From NCBI GenBank assembly GCA_001662655.1, contig KV460210.1: 64,000 nt of DNA. One strand, written 5' to 3'. This stretch comes from Pseudogymnoascus verrucosus. Lineage: Eukaryota. Below the pieces are notes generated by a model, which worked only from the letters and a program-made list of their open reading frames with translations, was not told the origin of the DNA and did no database searches. How positions within the stretch are numbered: the first letter of the stretch is position 1; the number at the start of each line of letters is the position of its first letter. This document shows, piece by piece, positions 11,570 to 25,994 of the stretch. The position numbers were made by a program, and so were the translations under genes.

Positions 11570-12339
11570 CTTGGATGTTATGCTGCCTTGCAGCTAGTGC
11601 CGTGGGGGAGCTGTGGATGGTGTGGTGAGCTTCAACGAAGACATGCAATGTATGCAGAGATGATGGCCCTAGGTTATAAGCTTATATGGCCTATGTAAGC
11701 CCTTGAGAAATGCGATTTTGACTTGGTTGAAGAGTGGGGGGCGAGTACGTTGCAATTACGACGCCTCCGCGAGGCTCAGGACAAGGTGTATTGCTTATCA
11801 GCCTCACGGGTTGAGGCTGAGCCTTTTGAGTCCCGCAATTTTGTACCTCGGATTTATTTTTAGCAACACATTTGGTACAAAATGAGAGGGGCAACTGACG
11901 ACGACACGTGAGGAACGTCAACAATGAGACAGAGACCACGAGGCACTGAGAAATGCAGCATGAATGTGGGGGAACGAAAAAATATAAACAGAATAATAGA
12001 TCCTAAAAAAAGCCGCCAAGGTTGAATCCACCCATTAACCAGTGGGTTGGCAGCCATCTACCGGCTTTATAAGTTGCAATTTTCTCATCCTCCAAGAAGC
12101 GGATTTCTTGATCGACAAGTGATGAGCAGTTGTTACATAATACATATTTAATAAACTTAACTACATATACTTATCAAAATCTAATTCACTCTCAAGATTT
12201 AACGCTGTGCATCCGCTATGAGTAGTCCCCAGGAGCTACCCCATAGACAGATACTATGCTATATTCCCCCTCCACATCCCACCCTTCAATACACCACGTG
12301 TGTTATTACACTACTAGCCATAGCCCCATCCTCCACCCC

Positions 12340-14540
12340 TCAAAGCCTCAACTTCCTCGTCAACAACGTGCTCGGAATCCTCGAACTCTCCTTAATCTCG
12401 ACCTCATCCCCCGGATGCGCCCTGAACACCACATCCGTCTCCGCACTCGGCATTCTCTGATGCTTCCCTCCCCCATACGCCTCAGGAACGGCCGGTACGT
12501 CCGGGACGCTGCTCCTCTCCTGGCTAGAGACACTAGAAGCGCCGCTATCTCCTTGGTTCTTCATCACTCGGTTCGTCTGCTGATTCACCCAGCTTGTTAC
12601 GGTGCGGAACCTGGGCTCTGAGTCACGCGAAGTGGTCGTCGTGGCAGTATTGACAGTGTCTCTGTTTCTGTGGGTGCCGAGCGTTCGGGGCGTAGGTACG
12701 TTGGCCCATGAGAACCGTGGGCCTAGGTCCAGCCCGAGCGTTTGGTTGTTAGGCTTGGGTAAAACTTGGGCGGACTTGTTGCTAAGGTATGTTGTTGTTG
12801 GTCCTGATTCGGGGATATCAATTACAGCATCTCCAAATCCAGATGAGAGACTGGAGACCTCTGACATCCGGGGGTTCTTTCCATTGGCTTGACGGTACGC
12901 TGGTGGAAGGACGGGCATTGGAGGGGGATCATCCCTAGATGGCATGGGCTGTTGGCTCACAGCGATAGGCGCCGCATTTTGTATCAACGAGTTGCGCGAG
13001 TACGGTTGGCCCAGGCTTGGGTCTTTTTCATACTCGGCGGCTCTTAACTGGATCATGGGGTTGAAAAATGCCGAGAAGCCTCGCGAGTGGGTTTGAGTTT
13101 CAGAGGGGGCAGCTGTGCCAAAAACGCCGCTAGCATGATAAAGGGACTTTGAGGCATTACTCTGAGACTTGCGTTTGCTTCCGCAACAGTTGAAGCAGCC
13201 GAAGGCATCGGTCTTGCGGAGACGAAGCAGGATGTATACTACAAAGCTGAGTAAAAGCACGCCGCCTATAACATATTAGCTGGTGTTATGAATTGGATTG
13301 CGTCATCCTTACCGACAGCACCAAAAGCGATCAGGCCATTTGAGGCTTCAGGAGTAAGTGGTGATGGTTTGTTGTTGGCAGCGGCTGAAGCTATCGTAGT
13401 TTGGCCACCAGTCTGAGAGACTGGGGTGACGTTGCTTGGCAAGTTCCGCACAGCAGTAGGATCCAAGACGGCTGATAACGTCGAGAGAGGGGTGCCAGAG
13501 ATTGTTGTGAAGGCGACCAACCGAGACTCGGTAGCGTCATCTTCATAATCTGAATCGAGATCATCGTCGGACTCTACGCCGGAGTCAATGCCATCGTCGG
13601 AGTCTGAATCGGAGCCAGGATCAGATGAGACAATAGAGTCAACAGCCTGACCCTGGGCCTTCTGCCCGGCAGCACCTGTGGCTTGGCTGTTACCGAGACT
13701 GACGCGGTCTGCACTCTGCAATTGTGCTGTAGGTGTTGGAAAGGCCATGGTAAATTCTGGGTTAAACCTTGTCAGTTGTCCTGCATTACTAGGTGTAGGA
13801 GTAGCAGCGGCTTCTGCTGAAAGTACTCCGGTAGTTCCTGCCACTGCCACTACTGGCGGAGCTGATGATGCTGGTGCGTCAGGCGATTTACTAGTATGTT
13901 CCGTTGGCGTTGTGGTAATGATAGCTGGCCTACTCGTTTCAACGGCGTCAGGCGATGGTTTGTTCGACGTAATAGCACCGGCCTCTGGTTCGCTCGCCGT
14001 GGTGGCGACAGGAGTCGACTTGCTTTCTACCTCGGCGGCATTGGTTTTCTCGGGAGCTGCAACGGCGGTAGAACTCTGGCCACCACCAAGGATTGGATCG
14101 AGGGCACTGTCAATCACAGAACTAACCCCAGCTATCGCATCGCCTAGTATCCCTCTCTCCGTCGCTGCGGGAGCATTGTCACTATTCGAACCGCTGATCG
14201 CTCCAGCAGCACTGCCAACCGCAGAACCAACTCCAGCTATCGCATCACCTAATATCCCTCTCTCCGTTGCTGCGGGAGCACTGCCACTGTCCGAGGCGCT
14301 GCTCACTTCACCAGTGCTGGCACTATCCAAATCGACCACAGCAGGTTCCTGTCGAGGCGATAGTCGTCGACCTCGCCTTAATTTCGAGTCTCTAGATGTG
14401 TTCGGAGCCCTCTCTGGCTGAAAATCCCGCAGTGCCCTTCGTTCTGCCCTTTGTTCCCTCACGCCCCGTTTGGTCGATGGCGGAGAAACCGGGGGTAGCG
14501 GTGTCGAGAAAACAGCACCGAAATGGTTGAATGGAGCCAT
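12340..14540 (-). CDS. Ser/Thr/Ala-rich single-pass membrane protein (2 exons; intron about 13266-13312)
   Basis: Two long ORFs (424 and 306 aa) are joined by a GTAAGG…CTAAT…TAG intron inside the hydrophobic segment GLIAFGAV|G…VLLLSFVVYILL, followed by basic RLRK. The tail has RFSW and PRFRTVTSWVNQQ motifs. Confidence 0.75.
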
Positions 14541-15381
14541 GGCTTATGCCTTCTACCGAGCTTGATAGACAATCGCTTCAAAGTCGTAACATAGAATATA
14601 CTGATTCGGAAAGAGAGGCAGGTCGAAGGTCGGACGTAGAGTATTCGTAAACAAACAAAAGAACCAATTGAGAATTGAAAAAATGTCGAATGAACCAGCC
14701 AAACTACAGAAAATGAAAAGAAATGAAAGTGTCGTATGTGCCAGCCATACTACGAAAGGATGAAGAACTTGAGATCATGAGGATATCAACAAGATATGGA
14801 TGGGCATCGGGTAGACACATGATTCCGCGATCTTGGCATGACAGGAAACCCCAGACTTCAGGAGCAAACTGCCGCACAAATGCAACGGGATCCTTCCCTT
14901 TGACGCTGAGATCAAGAAGCCATAGAACTGAGTGGAGATCAGGAGCTGTGATCAACCCCGAGAACGCCTCGTGTGCCCAAGCTTGCGACAGCGATATACA
15001 TGCGAACTCACCAGAAACACGGCGGGGAGGAAGTAACGCTTGAGAGAATCCACACAAGCTGATGCATTATCAAGCGGACCTTACTGGGATATTGGGCTAT
15101 GCCAATGCGCCTAGGAGGTATCTTGACTGCAATTGGAAGAGATCGCAATGCGGTTGTGTTGCGCGCTCGTCCTGAGGCGTTTCAGTTCCGTCTCAAGCGG
15201 ATGAATTGTCGTAGTTCGTGTTTTGAAGTCGGCAGGCGGGTCTTGGCGTTTTGCGGGCCGAGAACCGATGCCAGCTACCAGCCAACCTACCACTTGTGCA
15301 CATCCTGGCATTCCCATCCTATCCTGGCATAGACCAATAAGTTAGGGTAATATAGCCAGAGAGAGTCTATCAAAAGCCATC

Positions 15382-16279
15382 ATGCCGGTTGTTGTGAGTC
15401 CCATGAGAGAGGAGGATATCGATGGCGGTATAAGGACGATTCAAGAAGCGTTCGCAAATGACCCATATAATTTATGGATTTTTAACGATCGATCCAAGGT
15501 AAGTTGCGTTTGCCCTTGTTTCATGAGGAACACACGGTATAAAGAGTAAACCGGAGAAGTTTCAATTTTAATTACACGTCCCAAACAAAAATCCGAGTTC
15601 TATTCTAAGCATCTATTTGGCAAACGAGTTCGTTGTTGGCGCCGCTAACAACCAAACAGATTGATTTGAATCGCAACCGTGTATCTCTTCGCATCCGCTG
15701 TCTATGGGGTCTACGTAATGCCTTGTTCCATGTGGCCAAGGAGGAGGGCTCAGATAAAGTCCTTGGGATTGCTATGTGGATGCCGCCCAGGGCGACTAAC
15801 AAGCCATTGACGTGGGGCGAGTGGTTCTGGAATGGCTTCGAGGATTGGCGGCTCTGGGGAAACCAGGTGGCGATGAACCTGCAGTATGGGCGAGGAGGGT
15901 TGAACGTCAAGGTAAGAACGATGGCTCCACCATGTGAGAATGTAATTGACTCTGTTAGCGATACTATATCTGGAAAGCACGTCAAGCGGAAGCCCATAAG
16001 GAGGTTTGGACGGACCCGAAAGGCTACTATTTTCTGAACATCATCAGCGTTCTACCCGAAGCACAAGGAAAGGGTGTCGGAAGGGCCTTGTTCAACGAGG
16101 TCACCAAGAAGGCAGATGCGGAAGGTATCAAATGCTATTTGGAAAGTAGTCGGGACGAGCCGAATACCAAGATCTACGAGGCGATGGGGTTCAAGTTCGT
16201 CAGGGGTATGGACTGCGACGATGACGGGGAGGTTTGCAAGCTCTACTGCATGGTTCGGGAACCGAAGGTGATAGCATGA
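15382..16279 (+). CDS. GNAT-family N-acetyltransferase (3 exons; introns about 15499-15659 and 15912-15958)
   Basis: MPVVVSPMREEDIDGGIRTIQEAFANDPY…GIAMWMPP…YYFLNIISVLPEAQGKGVGRALF (acetyl-CoA motif A, QxxGxG)…CYLESS…NTKIYEAMGF. Confidence 0.88.
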
Positions 16280-17585
16280 GCCAGGCAGCTGAGACTGCCC
16301 AACGAGAATCCCGAGATGGTGTGGTTGCAAAGCCCGAAGCTTGCATCACTCGATGATGGCTGCTGATGCCTGAGATGGAGGACAAAGTAGCTTCAATACT
16401 GGTCAGCATTCAAGCATTTGAGAAAGCGTCTTGGCTATCGGAACCGTGTATTCCCATAGCCAAGACGCTTTCTCAAATGCTTGAAGAACCATCTATTCCT
16501 GGTGAAAGGTGGGATTGTGAGAATCTTAGGAATCTGAGTCACGCTGGTAGAGACATGATAGTACACCAAGCAAGGGAACAATAAGAAATGAATAATGAGA
16601 CGGTTCTAACACGTGTGACAGCTTGAGCTCTGAAGTCTCACTTGTGTCCCATTTCACATGGGAAGCACGAGGCTTGATTGATATAAACGCGTGAAACCGG
16701 CTTAGGCGTCAAGAATTCTCCGATATCATCCGCATTCTGCGTGCCTCGGTCTCGGTGCCGTGACAGCCATGTCAAATGTCCACAAGGCTGAACTAAAAGA
16801 TCCCTGTGGGGCGGGACGAGAGGGGGTCGGCGACAGGAATATGGTTGTTGCCCCTATTTATCATTGTATGCTCCTATTGCGAGAGCTCTGTTTGTGACCT
16901 CAGAATGAAGCTGAAGAGGAATTCGAACACGGCCGCACGTGGGTACTGTACCGTATACCGCAAGATAGACAAAGCCAATGCCCCCACATGGCTCTCGGAC
17001 TAGAGTAAAGGAGAGAGAATCGTAGCTGCCGCTCCTCCGAAATCGCCGTCGCGTCATGTACAGTGTACTGTACATCAATCCTGACACTAGTTTTGCTAGT
17101 TTGCTAGCTCCCACATCTATAATAGGGCCGGCGAAACCTCTGTGAATACGGTATGAATAATTGAAAAGGGACCAAGCCTTGGTCTCCCATTATTATAAGT
17201 CATATAAGTCACGAAATGCCTCTTGAGGAGCTGAAGATGGTAAGTGACAAGCAGATAAACTCGACAAAAATATTGGCATTATATATTTCCCCCCTTGCAA
17301 CCGGCCGCAAAAAAGAAAAAAATCTTATTATCAGTTGTGACTCGCAAAAAAGTGAGATATCTTATCAGTTGAAAATCGCAAAAGATCCCTGCACCTAAAT
17401 TTAAAAACCGCGCTATGTCATCACCTTTGCTCATCCATTCACAAAGCGGCCGCCTCGCATAAGGTTCCAGGCGCAAAAACAAAAATTGCTGAGAATTCCC
17501 CATAGGCCCCCCCTCCCTCTCCGACTCCGCCCTTTCTCTCTGACTCTCACCTTTCCTCTGGCACGCATTGCCAACTCTCGAAGCA

Positions 17586-19434
17586 ATGGCTTCATCAATC
17601 AGAGCTTCAACGATGCTTCAGTCGCCCTCAATTGGGCTCCAGAGCGTTGCTCGTCGCTCATTCGCCACTCTGCCACGTGCGAGACCAAGCACCAGCTTCG
17701 TCAATGCGAGCAGACTGCAGCAGTCGTCGCGCAGAGGCTATGCGGACATCAAGCCTGTTGAGCCGGTGAAGCCTCGCCGCAAGTTCAGAACCCTCAGGTG
17801 GATGTGGAGAGCGACCTACCTCTCTCTCATCGGAGGTGTAGCTTACATGGGATACGGCATCTACGAACTGCGTCATCCTATGGAGCAGCCAATTCCCGAT
17901 CCAAACAAGCAGAACCTCGTTATCCTAGGTAAGACCTGAAGCCCTCCGTACCCACGATAGCTTCCATCGATCGAGAATCTAATCAATTGCTGCAGGTACC
18001 GGATGGGGCGCGGTGTCGCTGCTCAAGAAGCTCAACACTGAGAACTACAACGTCATTGTAGTCTCTCCTCGCAACTACTTCCTCTTCACACCCCTTCTGC
18101 CATCATGCACGACCGGCACCATCGAGCACAGGTCCATCATGGAGCCGATCCGTTCCATTCTGAGACACAAGAAGGCCGCCGTTACTTTCTACGAAGCTGA
18201 GGCCTCGCACATCGACCCAGTCCGCAAGACCGTCAGCATCGCCGATAACTCTGAGATCAAGGGCACCTCTGCTAAGACCGAGGTCTCCTACGACAAGCTC
18301 GTCATCGCCGTTGGCGCCGAGAATGCCACCTTCGGCATCCAGGGTGTCACTGAGCACTCCTGCTTCCTAAAGGAGGTCGGTGATGCCCAGCGCATCCGCA
18401 CCAAGATCATGGATTGCATCGAGACCGCTACATTCAAGGACCAATCGCCCGAAGAAATCAAGCGTCTCCTCCACATGGTCGTCGTCGGCGGTGGCCCAAC
18501 CGGTGTCGAATTCGCCGGCGAGCTCCAAGACTTCTTCGACCAAGACATCCGCAAATGGGTCCCCGAGATCAGCGACAAGTTCAAGGTCACTCTTATCGAG
18601 GCCCTCCCCAACGTTCTCCCTTCCTTCTCCAAGCAGCTGATCGAGTACACGGAATCGACCTTCAAGGAGGAGAAAATCACCATCATGACCAAGACCGCCG
18701 TCAAGAAAGTCACCGAGAACACCGTCGAAGCCGAAGAGACCGGCCCCGACGGCAAGAAGACCACCACCATCCTCCCCTACGGCCTCCTCGTCTGGGCCAC
18801 CGGTAACGCCGTCCGCCCCATCGTCCGCGACCTCATGTCCCAGATCCCCGCGCAGAAGGACTCCCGCCGCGGCCTCGCCGTCAACGAGTACCTCGCCGTC
18901 CAGGGAACCTCCGACATCTGGGCCACCGGCGACTGCGCCGTCGCGGGTTACGCCCCCACTGCGCAGGTTGCCGCGCAGGAGGGCGCTTTCCTCGCGCGTC
19001 TGTTCAATACCATGGCTAAGACTGAGCACCTCGAGAATCGCATTGATGAGCTCTCCACCTCGTTGAATGTTACTCGCACCGATGCGCCGGTTGTTGCTAC
19101 CGAGCTCGAGGACCTCCAGAAGAGTCTCCGTCGTATCAAGGATATCAAGCCGTTCCACTACTCGCACCAGGGATCGTTGGCGTATATTGGAAGTGATCGC
19201 GCGGTCGCGGATGTGACGTGGTTTAATGGAAACTTTGCCTCGGGTGGAAGCCTCACGTATCTCTTCTGGCGCAGCGCGTATCTGAGTATGTGCTTTAGCA
19301 GTGAGTAACCCCCCTCCCCTTACATATCTCGCAGACAGAAATCTAACATCCATCCTCTAGCACGTAACCGCGTCCTCGTCGTCGTAGACTGGCTCAAATC
19401 GAAGGCCTTCGGCCGCGACGTGTCTCGCGAGTAA
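17586..19434 (+). CDS. NDE1: Mitochondrial external alternative (type II) NADH:ubiquinone oxidoreductase (introns about 17929-17995 and 19301-19360)
   Basis: Arg/Ser-rich presequence, VILG|TGWG FAD-binding motif, FLFTPLLPS, VVGGGPTGVEFAGE, GDCA, APTAQVA and C-terminal FGRDVSRE. The NDE1 versus NDE2 paralog assignment is uncertain. Confidence 0.93.
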
Positions 19435-21143
19435 ATCAAACAAATCCGCCGCATGTAAAACAATTTAACAGGCTGGATCCGGGACCGGTGGGTATAGACT
19501 GGGGATGGTGAACGGGCGACAATTTTTCTTTTCCTAATTACGACTCTTGGGATAGACGGGGTTTTTGTTTTTGTTTTGGACTTGCGGTTTTGAGTAATCT
19601 TGTACGATGGTGGGAGGAGGAAGGGGGGGTTGTGTGCGGGGGAATAGAGCCCGAAGCTACGCTTTCGGACCCAGTGGTGTGAAGAAGGGCGGGGACCGGG
19701 GTGGTGAGGGAAGGGGGATTCGGGGTATGTGATGAGGGTGCACATACGGAGCACGCGTGATAGAGAGAGGGGGTGAAGGGCAGACGCAGTGGTTATATAG
19801 TTGGACTATCTAGAACAGCGCGGCAGCAATGTATACCTCTGAACCAAACACACATACATGAAGCAATCATCACACAATCTGACCATCTCATGGTTTCAGA
19901 GACAGAGAGGGAAGCCAAAAAGGGTTTGACAATCACACAATCTGACCATCCCATGCATTCACAAACACGACGAGACACCCCAAACCAGTGTTGAGTAGCA
20001 AAAATAATCCAAGTGCAAAGATCCTCAGATTCGCATCTTCTTATCTATTTTCGCCCTGCACCAAACACACCATTCTTCCTCCCCCCTTTCCCCATCGTTA
20101 TTCCCCCCCGTCGGGTTGAGGTCCCCCCCCATCCTCTCTCCCTCTGCCATTCTGGTAAAAAGCCCACACACGCACGCAAAAGCAAACCCCTCCAGGTCTC
20201 GTTCCTTATTTACATGCCTAAAAGCAGAGAAAGAAACAAAGCCTACGCCTTCGGTCTCCAGCATATCCCCGTTCCAGTCGTACCAAATATATGTACCCAA
20301 AACCCCCCCTCCATCGCCCACGCTCCAGACCAGTCCAGTCTCCCAGACACAGCACACAAGTAGAAAATTAAACCTCCTCAAAAGAACCACCAGTCCTAAT
20401 AATTATGTCTTTTTAATAGAGAAAAAAAACCGCACGGAGAACAATTTGGGTAGAAAAGGAACAGAAAAGGCAAATGTGCAGGTCGCAAAACCCCGTTATA
20501 GCTCAGATAGCAAAGGAGGAAGGGGGCTGGGAAACGGCCAAACATGTACAAATCCCCTCGGCCCAAGTGAAGAAAGGCAAATAGAGCACGCCGTCGCAAA
20601 ACAAACACGCTTGATGCTGAAATGACTCAGAAGGAACTCAAGAAGAAGAAGAAGAAGACGGTGCGAATTTCAACTTTTATAGTATGAAAAAGCCCAAAAG
20701 CACAAACAGAAAATGAGGTGAGGGCGAAAAGCAAAACAAGGGACACAAAAAAGTAGGGGCCGCCGTTTGAATGAGTAGGGCGAGACGAAAGAGTAATTAA
20801 GGCGACCCCAGTAAAGTTAATTAAGGGTGTGAGGAATAATGCGTGTTCGCTGATGCTCGATTTCCGTAGAAGAAGAGCGTGTTGTTTTTGCCGTGACATT
20901 CGTTAATGTTGCGCTGCAGGACGTTTTATGCGTCATTCGGAAAGAAAGGAAGTGGGTGTCGAGGGGTGTGTGGGAGTGAGCGAGTGTCCCTCTCGGTGTT
21001 GTGTTGTGGGTTTGGCTCATGTGAGCTATCGACATTGAGGACGATGGGAGAAAACGAGCGATTGACTCCGACCCAACCACCAAAGCCACGCAGCCGTGGT
21101 GGTAGACGAAGCTTGCCCTGTCTTCGTCAAACGTATAACCCCC

Positions 21144-24100
21144 TCAAGGAGGCGACCCCGGCGGAATCCCATCATGCGTACTCCTCCTCACCAAAAACGC
21201 CTCCCCCCTAAACGGCCCCCTAATCCGTTCCGTCGCCGCCGCCGCCCCCCCAAGCAGGGGTCTCCCCTCCTCCACATCAGCCTCAGTCTCCGCCTCCGCC
21301 CCCTCATGCGCCGTATCATTATCCGACGTCTCCTCGCTGCCTAGACCATCACAGCTCCCCGGTCTCGCGAGGGCCTGTTCACGCAGCACCGCAGCGCGAT
21401 CGCTCAGTAGACGCGCTTCCTCTGCTGCACGCTCGGCGCGGATCTGTTTGCGCCACATGTTGTAGTAGCGGCCCTTTTTGGCGAGGAGTTGGTCGTGGGT
21501 GCCGCGCTCGTAGACGGAACCTTCGTGGAGGACGAGGATTTGGTCTGCGCTTGTGATGGTGGAGAGGCGGTGACTATATCAAATATCAAATTAGTAAGGG
21601 TGCTCATGTGGACAATAATGGGGAGGGATTATGGTGGTGCTTACGCTATGACAAGCATTGTGCGACCGACGGATAGGCGCTTGAGTGCTTCCTGGATGTG
21701 TTGTTCGGTCTCTGAATCCAGCGCTGCTGTTGCCTCGTCGAGCATGATGATGCGGGGGTTCTTGAGGATGGTGCGGGCGATGGCGACGCGCTGCTTTTCG
21801 CCGCCGCTGAGACGGAGGCCGCGCTCGCCGACTTTGGTGTCGTAGGCGTCGGGGAAGGAGAGGATCTTGTCGTGGATACTGGCTGCTCGGCAGGCATTGA
21901 AGATGTCCTCGTCGGTGGCGTTTTGGTTCGCGTAGCGCAGGTTGTACATGATTGTCTCGTTGAAGAGGACTGTATCTTGCGGCACGACTCCGATGTGGCT
22001 TCGTAGAGACTTGATGGTCAGGTTTTGGACGTCGTGGTTGTCGAGTAGAATTCTACCGGCCTGTTCGTTGTAAAAGCGGAACAGAAGGCGGAAAATTGTC
22101 GATTTCCCACCACCAGACTCACCGACCAGTGCAGTTGTCGTACCCGGCGGACAATCAAAGGTAAGGTCCTGCAATGCGGGTTTCCGCTGGTCGTAAGAGA
22201 ATTTGACGCCCTCAAAGGTAATCCGTCCCTCGCACTTGTTCAGATCGCGTGCACCAGGGTGGTCCGTAACAGTCGGCTGCTCTTTGAAGAGCTCCAAAAG
22301 GCGCTCTCCATTGATCATGGCGCTCTGCACATTCTTGTAAAACGTGCCGAAGAAGTTCAACGGCTGCTGCAGCTGGGCCATGTAGGTGATAAGCGAGACG
22401 AACTCTCCGACGCGACGAAGTCCTGAAGTGACTTGGTACGCAGCGATGAGGGACACAACCAGTAATCCGAGCATGAAGATCATGTTCTGGACGATATTCA
22501 TGACGCTCAAAGAGAGAGTAACCTGATATTCCTCGTTCTGGAAGTTTTGGACAGCCTTTCTGTACCTGTTCGACTCGTACTCCTCAGCACCAAAGTATTT
22601 CACCGTCTCATATGACTGGATCGAATCGTTCTTAACTGCATCCTCCTCTCTGTCCGCATTGATCATCCGTCTCCGCTGCTCCGCACGCAGCTGCGCGAGG
22701 CGAACAGTCGCGTAGAGGTACCAGAAGGTGACGACGCTGAGAGTGAGAGAGTAGTAAATATCGAATTTGATCGAAAAGTAGATGATGGCAAGTACCAAGT
22801 CGATGAGCATCGGCAGAACCTGGAAAGTGATCTGCTCCAGGAACGTGTTAATCGCAGCACCCTTGCTGAGCGCCGATAGGACCTCTCCAGTGCGCTTCCC
22901 CAGGTGAAAGTCCAAGCTTAGTCCATGGACGTGCTCAAACGAGGAAGTAGACAGCGCTTGGTAAGAGTACTGGGAGACTGGAATCCAGAGCACAGCTCTC
23001 CCGGCCGCAAGGAGTCCAGACGTCCCCTGGAAAACCTTGTACACGATGAGCAGAGAAATGGCCAACCACGGCATTGACGGGCCTGTAGGTCCGCCCTTCA
23101 GCATCTGGAGAATACCCTCCTCTTCCGGCTCATCTTCGGACAGCAAGTCTGTCACATTGCCCATCTGTATTGGGACCAGGACATTGACCAGGCGCTGTAG
23201 CAGCACCAGGACAAAACAGACAACCACTGTGATCTGGAGCCTCAATGACTTGTTCGGCCACAGATATGGGAAGAATAGCGAGTATCCACGCAGGTATTCC
23301 CACCAGCTCCTCGAGGGCGCAGTCGTGGGTCTGTAAAATGCCGCCGAATCGGTAGGACCTGCCGGGCCCTGACCATGTCCATTCATAGCAGCGTCACCGT
23401 TTACAGCAGCGTGCCCATTCATGGTAGTAGCACCATACGCCGACTCCCCGGGCGAATGCCCTCCGTTCTCGTGTTCCGTGTTTCCATTCTCTACGTGAAC
23501 ATCACCGCTGACGGTGTGTCCATTGAGCAAGGGCGTTCGCTCGTCCCGCGCCGCAGCGCGCTCGCGAGAGGTCCTTCTTTTACTGGGCGAGGATGACTGC
23601 TGATACGAGAAGAACGCGTAGAAAGCCACGCAGAGCACCAGGAAGAGGACCCTAGCCGCATCACAGAGGACCTCGACAATCTCCCATTGATTTGGAACCT
23701 CTAATATAGGCGTATCTGGGTTCAAAGAATTTATTTCGCGGTGCGGCGACGTGATATACACCATTGTAGCCCCAATGAGCACAAGCTCCCCGACCAACGC
23801 AACACTCCATGTTATCAAATGAACGACACTCGGAGACGGATGTGTATCGACCAGCGAAATGAGAAAGAGCGAGTAGAGAAACGCCGCGCCGATCACGTAT
23901 GCCTGCGAACCCCCCAAATTAGCCCGAGTTCACCACACGGCAGAGTTAAGGAGAGGAGAGAGGAGAGAGGTCGTGTGAACATACCGCAGGCGCCTCACCA
24001 CACCACCAGCCCTCCTTGCGCTCTGAGACGGCGTGCACCACGATATTAACAATATTCCCGACAAAGGTGCCAATCAGGCCCACGGACAGCCAGCAGAAGA

Positions 24101-24392
24101 GCAGGCTGCGGGTCTTGCCAAACCCATCGTTCGTCGGCACCGGGGGGCTATTGCTGGGCGGTCTCGAGGTTGGCGGTAGGGGCTTGCCTCCTGGGCCCGT
24201 GAGGGTAGATCGAGAAGTGACAGACTGGTTGCTGGGCGAGGAAATGATGCTGTGCGCAACGAATGCAGTCAGGAAGACCACCAGCAGCACCAATGGGTAT
24301 GCGTATTGGACGTAGTGAAGGATCCAATAGGCGGTGCCAGGTGAAGAGGGGGAGCTCGCCATGGCGGGAATTGGCTCTGAAGAAGAATCCAT
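21144..24392 (-). CDS. HMT1: ABC half-transporter, HMT1/ABCB6 heavy-metal-tolerance type (introns about 23903-23983 and 21574-21643)
   Basis: N-terminal extra TM domain, [14 protein letters not shown], Walker [10 protein letters not shown], signature [13 protein letters not shown], Walker [12 protein letters not shown], and IA|HRLSTI across the last intron. The start may be ATG 24392 or 24362. Confidence 0.92.
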
Positions 24393-25134
24393 GGCGGGTA
24401 TATTTTTGTTGGGTTTCCTCCCGAGATCGAACTCCCTCCGCTTGCGATCCGAATTATGATTATTACCGGTTCTGGTATTCACTCATGCCTGCCTGCGGGT
24501 GCGGGCGGTTGGACTGGAGTTATATGGGAATTGTTTTCCAGGTAGTAGGGTAGGTAGGGTAGGTAGGGTATACCGTGTGGACGGGTGGCGAAGCTGTCGT
24601 ATGTATGTATGTATGTACGGAGTATGTACGGAGTAGTATGTACGTGGGGTTGCCACTACGGCGGCAAAATTGGTCTTAGTCGAGCGGCCCAGATCGCACA
24701 ACTCGAGTCAGGTGCTTCGGTATCTGACAGTTTTGAGGAGGGACTATGATCAAAAATAGAAGTTGGTGCGTAGAAAATTCGGGGGAAAGTGCGAAAGACC
24801 GTAATTATCTGGTCGTGCAGAAAAAGGGCAGCGACAGGTATTGTATGTATGATAACGAGTTTCCCGAAGTTCGGATTAGTTGTGATTGGTATTTGGGGGG
24901 GAGGGGGGAGATGGATGGGGAATTTGACGTGGGAAGAGAGACCCCAAAAAAATCCCCGGGGATGGCGTAACTCTTCGTGGGGTTTATTTATTTAGTATAG
25001 GCCAGTATGGACCAGTATGAGCCCAGTAATGGATCAATAATAGAGTAGTAGGTAAGTCCTGAATGCGGAGCAGTTTTTGTTGTGTTTTTGATAGGGTCTG
25101 TCTGATACGCAAGAAGGTCTCTTATTCCACCGCC

Positions 25135-25156
25135 AGAGAGAGAGAGAGAGAGAGAG
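25135..25156. repeat. (AG)n microsatellite
   Basis: Direct reading. Confidence 0.9.
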
Positions 25157-25920
25157 GGGGGGAGGGTGGAGAAGAGTGATGCAATGGCTGGCTGGCACCG
25201 GCAATGGAATGGGTTATTGACTGTTTCTTTTTAATTGACCTGTTGAAAAAGAATGCGGTTATTGTGGTGGTGGTATAGTGGTATAGTAGTTGGTCTTGAT
25301 GGCTTGGATAGCTTGGGATGGGCTTGGACAGTTTTGTGAACTCCCATGCTAACCAAATTAACTAACTACTGGCTGCATATGCGGCATCGCATTTTTTGAT
25401 GCAGCTACTCACGCACCACAGTACCACCCACTTCTAACTAAGCATTCTCCGGGGGGGCGGTCTAGAGCAGCAAAAATTGGACTGGAGGCTGTCTGGGAGT
25501 CCTATTCGCTGCTAACATTTCTTAGCTGGTGTAGGTGGTTTAGCTGGTGTAGCTGGCGAGACACTTTGATGTTTACTGTTGATGCATTCGCCGCTGCATT
25601 CTGGTACTCTACGGCTGGTGCTGGCTTGCATGCTGGCTTGCATGTAAAGTACATACAAATACGTACGAACGGTGTAGTGCAGTGCAGTATACAACAGTTG
25701 GGTAACTGTGTCTGGATCTCTATCTGTATCCCCGGCCGGGAGGATTAATCTAATATCCGTCGTCGCCTCGTCTTGTCGCATTGATGGGCACAGTCGCACC
25801 TATTATACTGTTACTCTACTACTACCCTACCAACAAATTATTATCCCGAGCAACCTCCTGTCAGCTGTAGACGTCGTCTGAGCCTTCATTATTCCCATTA
25901 TTCCCATTAATCCCATCAAG

Positions 25921-25994
25921 TATACACATACATCATACATACATAATATACACATACACACATACACACATACACACACACACACATACACACA
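25921..25994. repeat. Imperfect (CA)n/(CATA)n microsatellite
   Basis: Direct reading of TACACACATAC/CACA runs. Confidence 0.85.

Noticed and set aside
18367..19353. 328-aa antisense ORF over the NADH dehydrogenase, and similar antisense ORFs over CDC48, importin alpha and other genes
   Set aside because: These are shadow ORFs expected from the strong codon bias of the sense genes, with no recognisable motifs.
19869..19950. 19-bp direct repeat ATCACACAATCTGACCATC (19869 and 19932) as a target-site duplication
   Set aside because: Only 44 bp lie between the copies, with no terminal inverted repeats or element features; most likely a local duplication.
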